49,402 bases of DNA from an uncultured Bifidobacteriaceae bacterium (GCA_964444085.1 CAYUGC010000003.1:1-49402), one strand, 5' to 3'. Numbered from the stretch's first letter, positions 22,598 to 31,100 are shown. Made by a program: numbers and translations. The notes: generated by a model not told the origin, from the letters alone.

Positions 22598-23956
22598 ATG
22601 AAAACAATTGCCTTTATCGCCATGAGCGGTGTCCGCGCGCACAACGCGGAACTCACGCAACTCGGTCTTACACTGCCGGGCTTCGTGGACCGCAACAAAA
22701 TCATCGCCTCGCTGCCGAGCCTCGGCCTGCTCACGCTCGCGGGGTTGACGCCGGACAAGTTTGACGTCAGCTATCACGAAATCGCGGACCTGAAAACGTT
22801 GCCGGAGCTGCCGGTGGATTTCGACCTCGTGGTCATCAGCACCTTCACCGCGCAATTTTACGAGGCGTGCGACGTGGCGGATTATTACCGCGCGAAAAAC
22901 ATTCCGGTCGTCATGGGCGGCATCACCGTCACGTCGCTGCGCGAGCAGGCGAAGGAGCATTGCACCAGCGTCGTCATCGGCGAAGGCGAACTGCTCTGGC
23001 CGGAATTGCTCGCGGACTTCGAACGCGGCGCGCTGAAACCGTTTTACCAGACGGCCAGGGAATTTGATCTCGCCGACGCGCCCATGCCGCGCTTCGATTT
23101 GCTCGACCCGGAGAAATACAACCGCCTCACCGTGCAAACCAGCCGCGGCTGCCCGCACAAATGTGAGTTCTGCGCCAGCTCGATCTTGCTCACGCCGCGC
23201 TACAAGGTGAAGCCGGTGGAAAAGGTCATCGCCGAAATCCGCGCCATCAAAAAGATCTGGGCCAAGCCGTTCATTGAGTTCGCCGACGACAACAGCTTTG
23301 CCCACCGCGAGCATTACAAAAAATTGCTGCGCGAGCTGGCCAAGGAAAATGTCCGCTGGTTCACCGAGGCCGACGTGCGTGTGGCGGAGGATGACGAACT
23401 GCTCGCGCTCATCCGCGATTCCGGCTGTCAGCAGATTCTCATCGGCTTGGAAAGCCCGGGTCGCACCAGCCTTCACGGCCTCGAGACGAAATCGGATTGG
23501 AAATTCCGCCAGCAGGATTTTTACAAGGAAGCGATCGCGAAGATCCAATCCTACGGCATCACGGTGAACGGCTGTTTCATCCTCGGCCTCGACGGCGACA
23601 CGCGCGACGTGTTTACCGATGTGCTGGATTTCGTGCGCGACTCCGCGCTCTACGAGGTGCAGGTGACGTTCCTGACCGCGTTTCCCGGCACGCCGCTTTA
23701 CGCGCGGCTGAAAAACGAGGGCCGCATTCTGCGCGACCGCGCGTGGGAACTGTGCACGCTGTTCGATATCAATTTTCAGCCGAAGAACATGAGCCTGGCC
23801 GAACTGCAAGCCGGCTTTCTCGGCCTGGTGAAACTGCTTTATTCCGCCGGGGAAACACATGCGCGCCGGACCAACTTCAAGCGCATGTTGAAAACCTCGC
23901 CGCACTTTGGCCGGCACGCCAAGCGCGACGATAAGCAGTTGGCCGTGCAAAATTAG
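22598..23956 (+). CDS. B12-binding-domain radical SAM protein (class B)
   Basis: 452 aa. N-terminal Rossmann-like B12-binding region (FDLVVISTFT...NIPVVMGGITV). Radical SAM cluster motif SRGCPHKCEFCAS (CX3CX2C). AGGAG lies 5 nt upstream of the ATG. Confidence 0.9.
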   Translation: MKTIAFIAMSGVRAHNAELTQLGLTLPGFVDRNKIIASLPSLGLLTLAGLTPDKFDVSYHEIADLKTLPELPVDFDLVVISTFTAQFYEACDVADYYRAKNIPVVMGGITVTSLREQAKEHCTSVVIGEGELLWPELLADFERGALKPFYQTAREFDLADAPMPRFDLLDPEKYNRLTVQTSRGCPHKCEFCASSILLTPRYKVKPVEKVIAEIRAIKKIWAKPFIEFADDNSFAHREHYKKLLRELAKENVRWFTEADVRVAEDDELLALIRDSGCQQILIGLESPGRTSLHGLETKSDWKFRQQDFYKEAIAKIQSYGITVNGCFILGLDGDTRDVFTDVLDFVRDSALYEVQVTFLTAFPGTPLYARLKNEGRILRDRAWELCTLFDINFQPKNMSLAELQAGFLGLVKLLYSAGETHARRTNFKRMLKTSPHFGRHAKRDDKQLAVQN

Positions 23957-23998
23957 ATTGATTCGCAAACCAATCGGATTCACAACGGTATTACCGCC

Positions 23999-25186
23999 AT
24001 GAAAACCACCGACATCGAAAAAATCCACGAGGCCGGCTTCATCACGGCCGAGCAGCGCGACAAAATCATCGCGCACTTCGGCTTGAAGGAGGAAGGCGGC
24101 AAGTTTCTCGTCATCATCTCCTTCATCGGCGCGGTGATGATTGCGGCGGGCATCGCGCTGCTCATCTCGGCGAATTGGAATGACATTCCGCGCGGTGTGA
24201 AAATCGCCGCCGGCCTTGTGCTCATGCTCGGCGCGCATGGCGCGGGCTGGTGGCTGCGCGAAGTCCACGGCCAATACCGCAAGACCGGCGAGGCGCTGCA
24301 ATTTCTCGGTTCCGCGCTGTTCCTCGCCAACATCGCGCTGGTCGGCCAGATTTATCACCTCGAATCGCGCACGCCGAACGCCTTCCTGCTCTGGCTGCTC
24401 GGCCTTGCCGCGCTGCCGTGGCTGCTGCGTTCCAAGGCGCAGTTCGCTTTGTTCCTCGCCGCTTTCTCCGTCTGGTTTGGTTGCGAAATTAACGAGCGCG
24501 ACAGCCTGATTTTTTTCAGCAACGAATCGCAGGTGCTCGCCTACGCGCTGCTCGGCCTGAATTTTCTCGGCGCGGGTTTTCTGCTGCGTCGGACTCCGTT
24601 TCCCGATTTCGCGCCGGTCGCGGAAAAGCTCGGTGCGCTCGGCCTGCTGCTTTTTGCGTATCCGCTGACGTGGGCGGGCTTTTTGAGCTGGTCGCACGAC
24701 GACGCCAGTTTGTGCCGCTGGCTGCTGCCGGCGCTGGCGGGACTGGCCGTCATCGCGACGGCGGCGGGAGTCGGCAACCTGCCGGGCCTGACGCGGCAAT
24801 GGCGTTTCACCTGGGCGGGATCGCTGGCGGCGGTGGCGGGACTGTTGTGCGCGGCGTTTTTCGCGCCGCGTGAACAGCACTGGTTTTGGGCGGGCAGCTT
24901 TGACATGGTCAATGCCGTGGCCGTCATCACGCTGTTTGTTTTCTGCCTGCTCCAGATCCAGGCCGGCCTGCAACTGCGCTCGCGGTTCCTCGTCAACCTC
25001 GGCGTGGCGTTCATCGGGCTGGACATCGTCTCGGCGTATTTCGGCCTGTTCGGCACGATGGCGCGGACGGGGCTCATGTTCGTGGTGTCGGGCGTGTTCC
25101 TGCTCATCTTCGGGGTGTATCTCGAAAAGAAACGCCGGAAGCTGATAGGAAAAATCAAAACCGCCAAAATTACGGAGGCCGCATGA
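23999..25186 (+). CDS. Polytopic membrane protein, DUF2157/DUF4401-like
   Basis: 395 aa. Short cytoplasmic N-terminus (ITAEQRDKIIAHFGL), then ~11 hydrophobic helices. Assignment rests on architecture and on its conserved pairing with the following GDYXXLXY gene, as I recall it. Confidence 0.65.
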   Translation: MKTTDIEKIHEAGFITAEQRDKIIAHFGLKEEGGKFLVIISFIGAVMIAAGIALLISANWNDIPRGVKIAAGLVLMLGAHGAGWWLREVHGQYRKTGEALQFLGSALFLANIALVGQIYHLESRTPNAFLLWLLGLAALPWLLRSKAQFALFLAAFSVWFGCEINERDSLIFFSNESQVLAYALLGLNFLGAGFLLRRTPFPDFAPVAEKLGALGLLLFAYPLTWAGFLSWSHDDASLCRWLLPALAGLAVIATAAGVGNLPGLTRQWRFTWAGSLAAVAGLLCAAFFAPREQHWFWAGSFDMVNAVAVITLFVFCLLQIQAGLQLRSRFLVNLGVAFIGLDIVSAYFGLFGTMARTGLMFVVSGVFLLIFGVYLEKKRRKLIGKIKTAKITEAA

Positions 25187-25731
25187 AAAACAAACTGCTC
25201 ATCCTCGTCCTCGCGCTTCAGGCCGCGTGGGTGCTCGGCACCGTTGTCCGGCAGGAAAATCTTCTGCGCGTCGGGCAGGTGGTGCTGCTCGAAACCCAGC
25301 CGGTGGACCCGCGCGATCCGCTGCGCGGCGATTTCGTGCGTCTCAACTACAAGATCAGCGACGTGCCGGTGAATTTGTTTGCGCCGCCGGTGAAAACGGA
25401 TCTGCCCGCCGGCGCCAAAATCTACGTGGCGCTCGCGCCGGCGGGGACAAACGGGTTTTATGAAGTCACGCGCGCCAGCCGGGAAAGGCTGGTGCCGGCG
25501 ACCGGTGAGATCGTGCTGCGCGGCAAGAGCGGGCGAAGCTGGCGCAGCGCCGCCGGCTCCATTCACGTCGAATACGGGCTCGAACAATATTTCGTCGCCG
25601 AGGGCACCGGCAACCCGCACGGCAAGCTCACGGTGCAGGCCGCCGTGGACAAATCCGGCACCGCGCGCATCAAGGAAGTTTTCGTGGACGGCCAGACTTA
25701 CGCCGAAGCGATGAAACCTGCCGCCCGCTGA
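25183..25731 (+). CDS. GDYXXLXY-domain membrane-anchored protein
   Basis: 182 aa. N-terminal anchor MKNKLLILVLALQAAWVLG. The motif DPRDPLRGDFVRLNY matches the family-defining GDYxxLxY. The start overlaps the previous stop (ATGA at 25183-25186). Confidence 0.8.
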   Translation: MKNKLLILVLALQAAWVLGTVVRQENLLRVGQVVLLETQPVDPRDPLRGDFVRLNYKISDVPVNLFAPPVKTDLPAGAKIYVALAPAGTNGFYEVTRASRERLVPATGEIVLRGKSGRSWRSAAGSIHVEYGLEQYFVAEGTGNPHGKLTVQAAVDKSGTARIKEVFVDGQTYAEAMKPAAR

Positions 25732-25757
25732 AACGGTCTGACGACCTTTAGACGGTC

Positions 25758-26663
25758 ATGAACAAACGCGCTTTCACGCTTATCGAATTGCTGGTGGTCA
25801 TCGCCATCATCGCAATCCTGGCGGCGCTGCTGCTGCCGGCGCTGTCCAAGGCCAAGCAGCGGGCGCAGGGCGCGGTCTGCCTCGGCGGCGGCAAGCAGAT
25901 GATGGCCGCCATGCTGTTGTATGTGGACGAGAACAACGACCGCTTTCCACCCAACCCCGACGACGGCAACACCGTGCCCGGCCACAACTGGTGCTGCGGC
26001 AATGCCGGCATCGGCGGACCGCAGGAATTCAACCCCGATGTGCTGGTGGACCCCACGCGCAGCCTGCTAATCGGCTTCCTTTCCGGCAATGCCAGGATGT
26101 TTTGCTGTCCCGCCGACCGGCGCGAGGGGATTTATCAGGGTACCAACAACCCCGCCTTGATCGGGCAGATCGTTCCCGCCGCGCGCACTTTCGCCATGAA
26201 CCAGGCCGTCGGCAGCATCTGTCCCGGCTATGATGCCAGTGAATTCTCAGGCTCCGGTTATGTGCATAGTGGCGCGTCAACTTTGTCGGTCAACGGCCCG
26301 TGGTTGGACAGTTCCTTTCATCACCGGCGCAATTCTCCGTGGAGCACCTACGGCAAAATCTCCACCATCGGCGCTCCCGGCCCCTCGTCGCTCTGGGTGC
26401 TGCTGGATGAAAATGCGGGCAAGCTGAACGACGCCGCGTTTGCCATGAGCCTGCAGACGCCCGGCTGGCTGGATTGGCCGGGTTCCTATCATGCCGGCGC
26501 GTGCGGGCTGGCCTTTGCCGACGGCCATTCCGAAACACACCGCTGGCGGCAGGACAGCACGCTGCATTCCGGGCAGGGGGCGATGGGCACCGGCTCCGCC
26601 AACCCGGCGGACTGGCCGGACTGGCAATGGCTCGCCGACCGCACCTCCGCCCGCGCGCAGTGA
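25758..26663 (+). CDS. Prepilin-type N-terminal cleavage/methylation domain protein with DUF1559-like C-terminal domain
   Basis: [37 protein letters not shown]... and ...[13 protein letters not shown] near the C-terminus. This architecture is expanded in PVC bacteria. Confidence 0.85.
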   Translation: MNKRAFTLIELLVVIAIIAILAALLLPALSKAKQRAQGAVCLGGGKQMMAAMLLYVDENNDRFPPNPDDGNTVPGHNWCCGNAGIGGPQEFNPDVLVDPTRSLLIGFLSGNARMFCCPADRREGIYQGTNNPALIGQIVPAARTFAMNQAVGSICPGYDASEFSGSGYVHSGASTLSVNGPWLDSSFHHRRNSPWSTYGKISTIGAPGPSSLWVLLDENAGKLNDAAFAMSLQTPGWLDWPGSYHAGACGLAFADGHSETHRWRQDSTLHSGQGAMGTGSANPADWPDWQWLADRTSARAQ

Positions 26664-26786
26664 GGCGGGGATTTGGGGAAAACTTCTGGCCGTTTGGGTG
26701 AAATGATTTCACCGCATTGATCGTCGGCTGATAGCCAGCCCCGTTCAGGGGCGGAATCTTTGTAGCCGGAGAATCTCCAAAAATTC

Positions 26787-26841
26787 AAGCTCCGTCCGGA
26801 GCGACATCATCAGGGTATGCCGCTCCTGAACGGAGCTTTTT
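26787..26841. terminator. Nested hairpin between convergent genes (REP-like)
   Basis: AAGCTCCGT (26787-26795) pairs with ACGGAGCTT (26830-26838), with an inner GGAGCG/CGCTCC stem, followed by TTTT. Confidence 0.5.
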
Positions 26842-26875
26842 CAATTAGCGATGTCGATTCCCATGCCCTTATGCT

Positions 26876-28096
26876 TCACTGAAGTTGAAAAATATAGAAA
26901 CGTTGTTTGTCACTAGCGGTGACCGGGTTGGTGAAGTTGAAGTTTCCGCTGCCATTAAAAACATTGGTGGCAATGCGTGTCCAGCTTGAACGTGGCAATG
27001 TTAGGTTGGTTGTGGTCAACACGTAGAATGTGCCGTTGTTCAGACCGTTCGTGCCAGCGAACACGGCGTTTGTGCCATTGAGCGTCAGCGAGGTCACGAC
27101 TGGCCGCTTGGGAACCGCGAAAAGAAACTGGCTTGGCTGCAACGCCGTGTCGCTGATGCGGACTTCATCAATGTAGCCGTAGAAACGGTCAACGTGATCG
27201 TCGCCTGGATTCGCGCTGGTGCCGAAACGTCCACGGCCAACCGACCAAGCCCAGGTGCTGCCATCCGACATCGTTGCATAAGTCCCTGTTGGAATGGCCA
27301 AAGCGGTGTTGGTGCTGGTTTCCGCCATCGTGCCGACGAGTTGGTAGCCGTTGCCATCGGTGGAATCTTTGTAGAGGAACAGGTTTGTTCCGTCGCTCAC
27401 AGCAGCTACATTATACCAATGGTTGAGCGCCAAGCTGACTGAATCGTGGAGGTCGTAATAAACTCCTGCTCTGTCCATAAACTTAATGACCAGATTGGTC
27501 AAATTTGGAAAGTAATTATATACGGAAAAATATAGTGGGCTTTGACCGGCGTCAATATTGGCAACGTGATTGCCATCCCGCCCGACAAAAGTATGAAATT
27601 GCCCGGTGAACGATGTGCAATAGATGGACGCCTCAACCGTCCATGCTTTGGGGCTTATGGTTTCAATGTCCGTGCCGGTGGGATGTGATATGGCCGACCA
27701 AGTCGCAATGGCTGGATAATTGTTTCCGTAAGGCACCGTCCAAATTGACCAATTATTGCTCGCCTCGGTCTGAGGTAACGTCGGCGCGGGCACAAAATTT
27801 TCATATTCAATCCAAAAGCCATTATATCCGGCGGGATTGCTGTCCCAACTGTAAAGGGTGTTGCCATTGCCCGACGAATCCACCGCCAGCACGCCATTAT
27901 TTTGCACCGCCGTGTGCTGGGCAAATCCGGTTAACTGCGCGCCGGCCGTGGGCGCATTGGTTCCGTCGCCTTCAAACCGCCAGTAGGCCACGGTGCCAGC
28001 ATGAAGGTAGCTGGACGCAAGCCCGGCCACTAAGATTATTATTTTGCCGATGTTTGTATGCATTTTTGATTTCATATAAAAGATTCCAGTTTTCAT
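26876..28096 (-). CDS. Secreted LamG (concanavalin-A-like lectin) domain protein with C-terminal '...FYIFQLQ' module
   Basis: 406 aa. Signal peptide ...IIILVAGLASSYLHAG. VAYWRFEGDG start and YIDEVRISDTAL end are typical of LamG_3 domains. The last ~75 aa (VVTSLTLNGTNAVFAG...FYVLTTTNL...WTRIATN...QRFYIFQLQ) resemble the tail of three other proteins in this window. Confidence 0.8.
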   Translation of the reverse strand: MKTGIFYMKSKMHTNIGKIIILVAGLASSYLHAGTVAYWRFEGDGTNAPTAGAQLTGFAQHTAVQNNGVLAVDSSGNGNTLYSWDSNPAGYNGFWIEYENFVPAPTLPQTEASNNWSIWTVPYGNNYPAIATWSAISHPTGTDIETISPKAWTVEASIYCTSFTGQFHTFVGRDGNHVANIDAGQSPLYFSVYNYFPNLTNLVIKFMDRAGVYYDLHDSVSLALNHWYNVAAVSDGTNLFLYKDSTDGNGYQLVGTMAETSTNTALAIPTGTYATMSDGSTWAWSVGRGRFGTSANPGDDHVDRFYGYIDEVRISDTALQPSQFLFAVPKRPVVTSLTLNGTNAVFAGTNGLNNGTFYVLTTTNLTLPRSSWTRIATNVFNGSGNFNFTNPVTASDKQRFYIFQLQ

Positions 28097-28192
28097 TTGT
28101 TGGTCAATGCCATTTCTTCGGTTGGTGGGCGGCGCTGCCGCGCCGCCCCATTTGAATCCCGGCTGACCGGCAGGTCAGCCCTACCGGTCGTT

Positions 28193-29047
28193 TCACGCCG
28201 GCACGGCCACGCTCACGGTCGCGCTCCAGAGGCCCACTTGTTTGTCGACCAAACGATAGATGGCCTTGTAAGTCCACGCCGCTTTGGCGGTCGGGAAGGG
28301 TTGCGTGTCGGTGTAGTTCGGCGTGGTGTCAATGGTCAGCAAGTTAAACCCCTTGCCATCGCCACGATCCACCTGAATTTCGCAACTGTCCAGCCACGCG
28401 CTGTTGCCTTGCCAGCCCCATTTCACGTCCACTCCGCTGCCGGAGACTTTGGCGCTGATGACCGGTTGCACGGTGCTCAGGTCGGGGCCGTTGTCCGCGC
28501 CGCCCACGATGCCCAGTTCCACGGCGATGGCGTCGGTGATTTTGTGGCCGTTCTTAATGTCCTGCACGGCGGTGAAGAGGCGGGTGAGGGAACCTTCATT
28601 CTGCGGCGTGACGCCGGTGGGCAGGGCGGGCGCGGAGAAACCGGGCAGGGTGACGAGCGCGGCGTTGGTGCCGGTCATGGCGGCGGTGGCGGTCTGGGTG
28701 CAGCCGAGCGAGAAGGTGCGCACGGCGTCGAGCCAGTTTTGGAGGACATAGGCCAGCCAGAGGGCGTCGGCCACGAGGGCGGTGACGGTGGCGGGGGCGA
28801 GGCCCAGCAGGGTGGCTTTGCCGGGGAGTTTGCCGGCGAAGTTGAGCAGCCAGGCGATTTGTTCGGCCATGCGGCTGGGGTAGTAGTCTTGTCTTTTCAT
28901 GTGTGTTTTTTTGTTTTTAGTGGTGTTTACGGACGGAGAGGGGTTCACATAGCCGGGATCGCCGGGTTCGGGGAGGTAGCCCCACCGGAGGTTGGGGTTG
29001 CCCCAATACATTTCCGGGTCGCCGGAATCCCAATAGGCGGTTCGCAT
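28193..29047 (-). CDS. Hypothetical protein with FN3/Ig-like C-terminal domain; start uncertain (29047 or Met at 28900)
   Basis: 284 aa, no signal peptide. The N-terminal 49 aa are W/Y/G/P-rich (YWDSGDPEMYWGNPNLRWGYLPEPGDPGYVNP). After MKRQDYYPSRMAEQIAWLLNF comes a helical region, then a beta-rich end (VDVKWGWQGNSAWLDSCEIQVDRGDGKGF...WTYKAIY). 96-nt gap to the LamG gene on the same strand. Confidence 0.6.
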   Translation of the reverse strand: MRTAYWDSGDPEMYWGNPNLRWGYLPEPGDPGYVNPSPSVNTTKNKKTHMKRQDYYPSRMAEQIAWLLNFAGKLPGKATLLGLAPATVTALVADALWLAYVLQNWLDAVRTFSLGCTQTATAAMTGTNAALVTLPGFSAPALPTGVTPQNEGSLTRLFTAVQDIKNGHKITDAIAVELGIVGGADNGPDLSTVQPVISAKVSGSGVDVKWGWQGNSAWLDSCEIQVDRGDGKGFNLLTIDTTPNYTDTQPFPTAKAAWTYKAIYRLVDKQVGLWSATVSVAVPA

Positions 29048-29138
29048 GGTCGGGTGGGGTTAAAACGGGCATTTTTGGTGTAAATAGTTGATTGCCAGAC
29101 AAAAAACCGGCGTCCAGTTGCTCCGAAACGGTTCCCCC

Positions 29139-29347
29139 GAATGAAAAGGGGGCGCCCCCTTGCGAGATGGGGGCAGTGGAATATGAAAAGGGGGTGAGGA
29201 AACACGCAAAGGGGGTGCCGGAAAATGATTTTGGGGTAACGGAAAACGGAAAGGGGGCGCTGGAAAATGGTTTTCCGGGGTGGAAAAATGAAACGGGGGC
29301 GGCGGGAAATGAAATTCCGGCACCGGAAAACCAAATGGGGGCGTCGG
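29139..29347 (+). repeat. Ten tandem, degenerate 21-bp purine-rich repeats (consensus ~GGAAAATGAAAAGGGGGCGCC)
   Basis: G4-5 runs start at 29148, 29169, 29190, 29211, 29233, 29253, 29277, 29295 and 29337, with one degenerate unit near 29316. Spacing is 21 +/- 3 bp. All six frames are open across it. Confidence 0.8.
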
Positions 29348-29792
29348 TCAAGGATTGGGAGGCGGCGGGCGGAGCGACCGTCTGGAGAAAGACGCGGAGA
29401 CTATGCGCGGTTGCCGTTGCGCGGTTGCCCAAATCCCAATTCATAAATAACACGACCAGCTTCCGATAAGGAGGGCTGGGATTGTAAGCCAATATTTTAG
29501 AAAAGCAAATCATCACCAGCGACGGGCATAGACCGCCGCTACAAATTTAAGACCGGTTTTTCGTGGCAAACCCATTTTGACGTTCCCCGCGTCTGGGAAA
29601 TATCCGGCGCTGGATGGGGCGAGCCATCATTCAAGCCACCGGAACCGTGAATCCACGCTACGCCTTTCAGTAATGTCATCCCCCTACGGCTCCGTGCCGT
29701 GGGGGGGCCGGTTTGCCCGGTGAAGGCGGCTTTCGCCGTGTTAAAAACTTGCCTTTGCCAGCCGCTTTGTGAAAAAATTCACGAAGTATTTT

Positions 29793-30881
29793 ATGGCACA
29801 CGCTAAACTGCACATACCGGGGCCGGTCGAGGTCAGCGAAAAAACCTTCAAGGCTTTTTGCTCGCCGATGATTGGCCATCGCGGCCAGGGGTTCAAGGAC
29901 CTCTACGCCAAAATCCAGCCGCAACTGCAAACGCTGCTGTCCACCAAGCAACTGGTTTATTTGAGCACGTCCTCCGCGTGGGGCGTCATGGAAGGTTCTC
30001 TCCGCAATCTCGTACAGAAGAAGGTGCTGAACTGCATGTGCGGCGCGTTCTCGGACAAGTGGTTCGATGTCTCCAAGAAGTGCGGCAAGCAGGCCGACGC
30101 GCTCCAGGTGGAATGGGGTTCCCCGATTCGCGCCGAGGCGATTGACAAGAAGCTCGCCACGGGCGAATTCGACGCGGTGACGCTCATCCACAATGAGACT
30201 TCCACCGGCGTCATGTCGCCGCTCGCGGAAATCGCCGCACTGAAGAAGAAATATCCCGATGTCATGTTCATCGTGGACGCGGTCAGCTCGATGACGGCCG
30301 TGCCGCTGAAGTTCGATGAACTGGGCATTGACGTGCTGCTCGCCGGCACGCAGAAGGCGTTCGCCTTGCCGCCCGGACTCGCGGTGTTCGCCGCGTCGCC
30401 CGCCGCGCTCGCGAAGGCGGCGACGGCGAAGGATCGGGGTTATTACTTTGACTTCGTCGAGTTCCAGAAGAATGCCGAACAGAGTATGACGCCGAGCACG
30501 CCGAGCATCGGCCACATCTACGCGCTGTCGTCCAAGCTGGACGATTTCTTCGCGGAAGGGCTGGAGAACCGTTATGCGCGCCACGCGAAGACAAACCAAA
30601 TGACGCGCGACTGGGCGGCGAAGCATGGCTTCAATCTGTTCCCGGAAAAAGGTTTCGAGTCCATCACGCTCACCTGTGTCAGCAACGGCGCGCGTCCTGG
30701 CGGCCGCACGGTGGACGTGGCGAAGCTGCAAAAGCTCGTCAAGGATGAGGGTTTCCTGATCGACGGTGGCTACGGCAAGATCAAGGGTACGACGTTCCGT
30801 CTCTCGAACATGGGCGACGAGACCGAGGCCACGATGAACCAGCTCTACGCCGCGCTCGACAAGGCGATGGCGCAGTTGTAA
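29793..30881 (+). CDS. Class-V pyridoxal-phosphate aminotransferase (alanine-glyoxylate / serine-pyruvate family)
   Basis: MAHAKLHIPGPVEVSEKTFKAF...; ...LIHNETSTGV...; ...FIVDAVSS...GTQKAF (PLP Lys in the TQK context). The track ORF begins at GTG 29769; the ATG at 29793 is preferred. Confidence 0.9.
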   Translation: MAHAKLHIPGPVEVSEKTFKAFCSPMIGHRGQGFKDLYAKIQPQLQTLLSTKQLVYLSTSSAWGVMEGSLRNLVQKKVLNCMCGAFSDKWFDVSKKCGKQADALQVEWGSPIRAEAIDKKLATGEFDAVTLIHNETSTGVMSPLAEIAALKKKYPDVMFIVDAVSSMTAVPLKFDELGIDVLLAGTQKAFALPPGLAVFAASPAALAKAATAKDRGYYFDFVEFQKNAEQSMTPSTPSIGHIYALSSKLDDFFAEGLENRYARHAKTNQMTRDWAAKHGFNLFPEKGFESITLTCVSNGARPGGRTVDVAKLQKLVKDEGFLIDGGYGKIKGTTFRLSNMGDETEATMNQLYAALDKAMAQL

Positions 30882-30919
30882 AAGCGAAAGTCGAAAAGCG
30901 AAAAAGTGAAAATCTGAAA

Positions 30920-30952
30920 CCGGCGATGGCGCAAGCTGTCGCCGGTTTTTTT
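30920..30952 (+). terminator. Rho-independent terminator of the aminotransferase gene
   Basis: CCGGCGA-12 nt loop-TCGCCGG followed by T7 (30946-30952). Confidence 0.7.
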
Positions 30953-30956
30953 GGGA

Positions 30957-31036
30957 GTACACGGACACGTCCGTGCTTTGGAACTGGGAGACATGTCTCC
31001 CAGTCGGAAAGCAGCGACCTGTCGCCGCACTCCAAA
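30957..31036 (+). repeat. 80-nt triple-palindrome intergenic element, copy A
   Basis: ACGGACACGTCCGT, GGGAGACATGTCTCCC and GCGACCTGTCGC, with centres 26 nt apart, ending ...GCACTCCAAA. Same architecture as 14345-14424 in inverted orientation. Confidence 0.7.
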
Positions 31037-31100
31037 CGCGGCCACCGATGAAATTTCCTTTCGTGTGTTTCGTGTCTTTCATGGTAAAAAAATATTTGTC

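Noticed and set aside
20898-22601. 567-aa plus-strand ORF spanning the gene desert
   Set aside because: It overlaps the credible membrane-protein gene 20863-21249 in another frame. It is P/R/S/G-rich and is generated by the GC-rich repeats. No domain signature.
21698-24973. 1,091-aa minus-strand ORF, the second longest in the track
   Set aside because: It is antisense to the well-supported radical-SAM and DUF2157-like genes and continues through the non-coding mosaic. The sequence is R/Q/E/G-rich low complexity with no motifs. This is a typical long open antisense frame in high-GC DNA.
29139-29347. CRISPR array or plasmid-type iteron origin
   Set aside because: The units are contiguous with no unique spacers, and no cas genes are nearby, so it is not CRISPR. 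There is no rep/dnaA gene, no DnaA-box cluster (TTATCCACA) and no AT-rich unwinding element adjacent, so an origin function is unsupported. The iteron-like geometry is kept only as an analogy in the finding.
28917-29516. Heptad-repeat 'proteins' (APFSFGG-like on the minus strand, xKGxxEN-like on the plus strand) encoded across the 21-bp array
   Set aside because: All six frames are open because the strand is almost pure purine/pyrimidine, so stop codons are rare. The minus-strand ORF overlaps the 5' end of the 28193-29047 ORF out of frame. No start context. Treated as a non-coding repeat.
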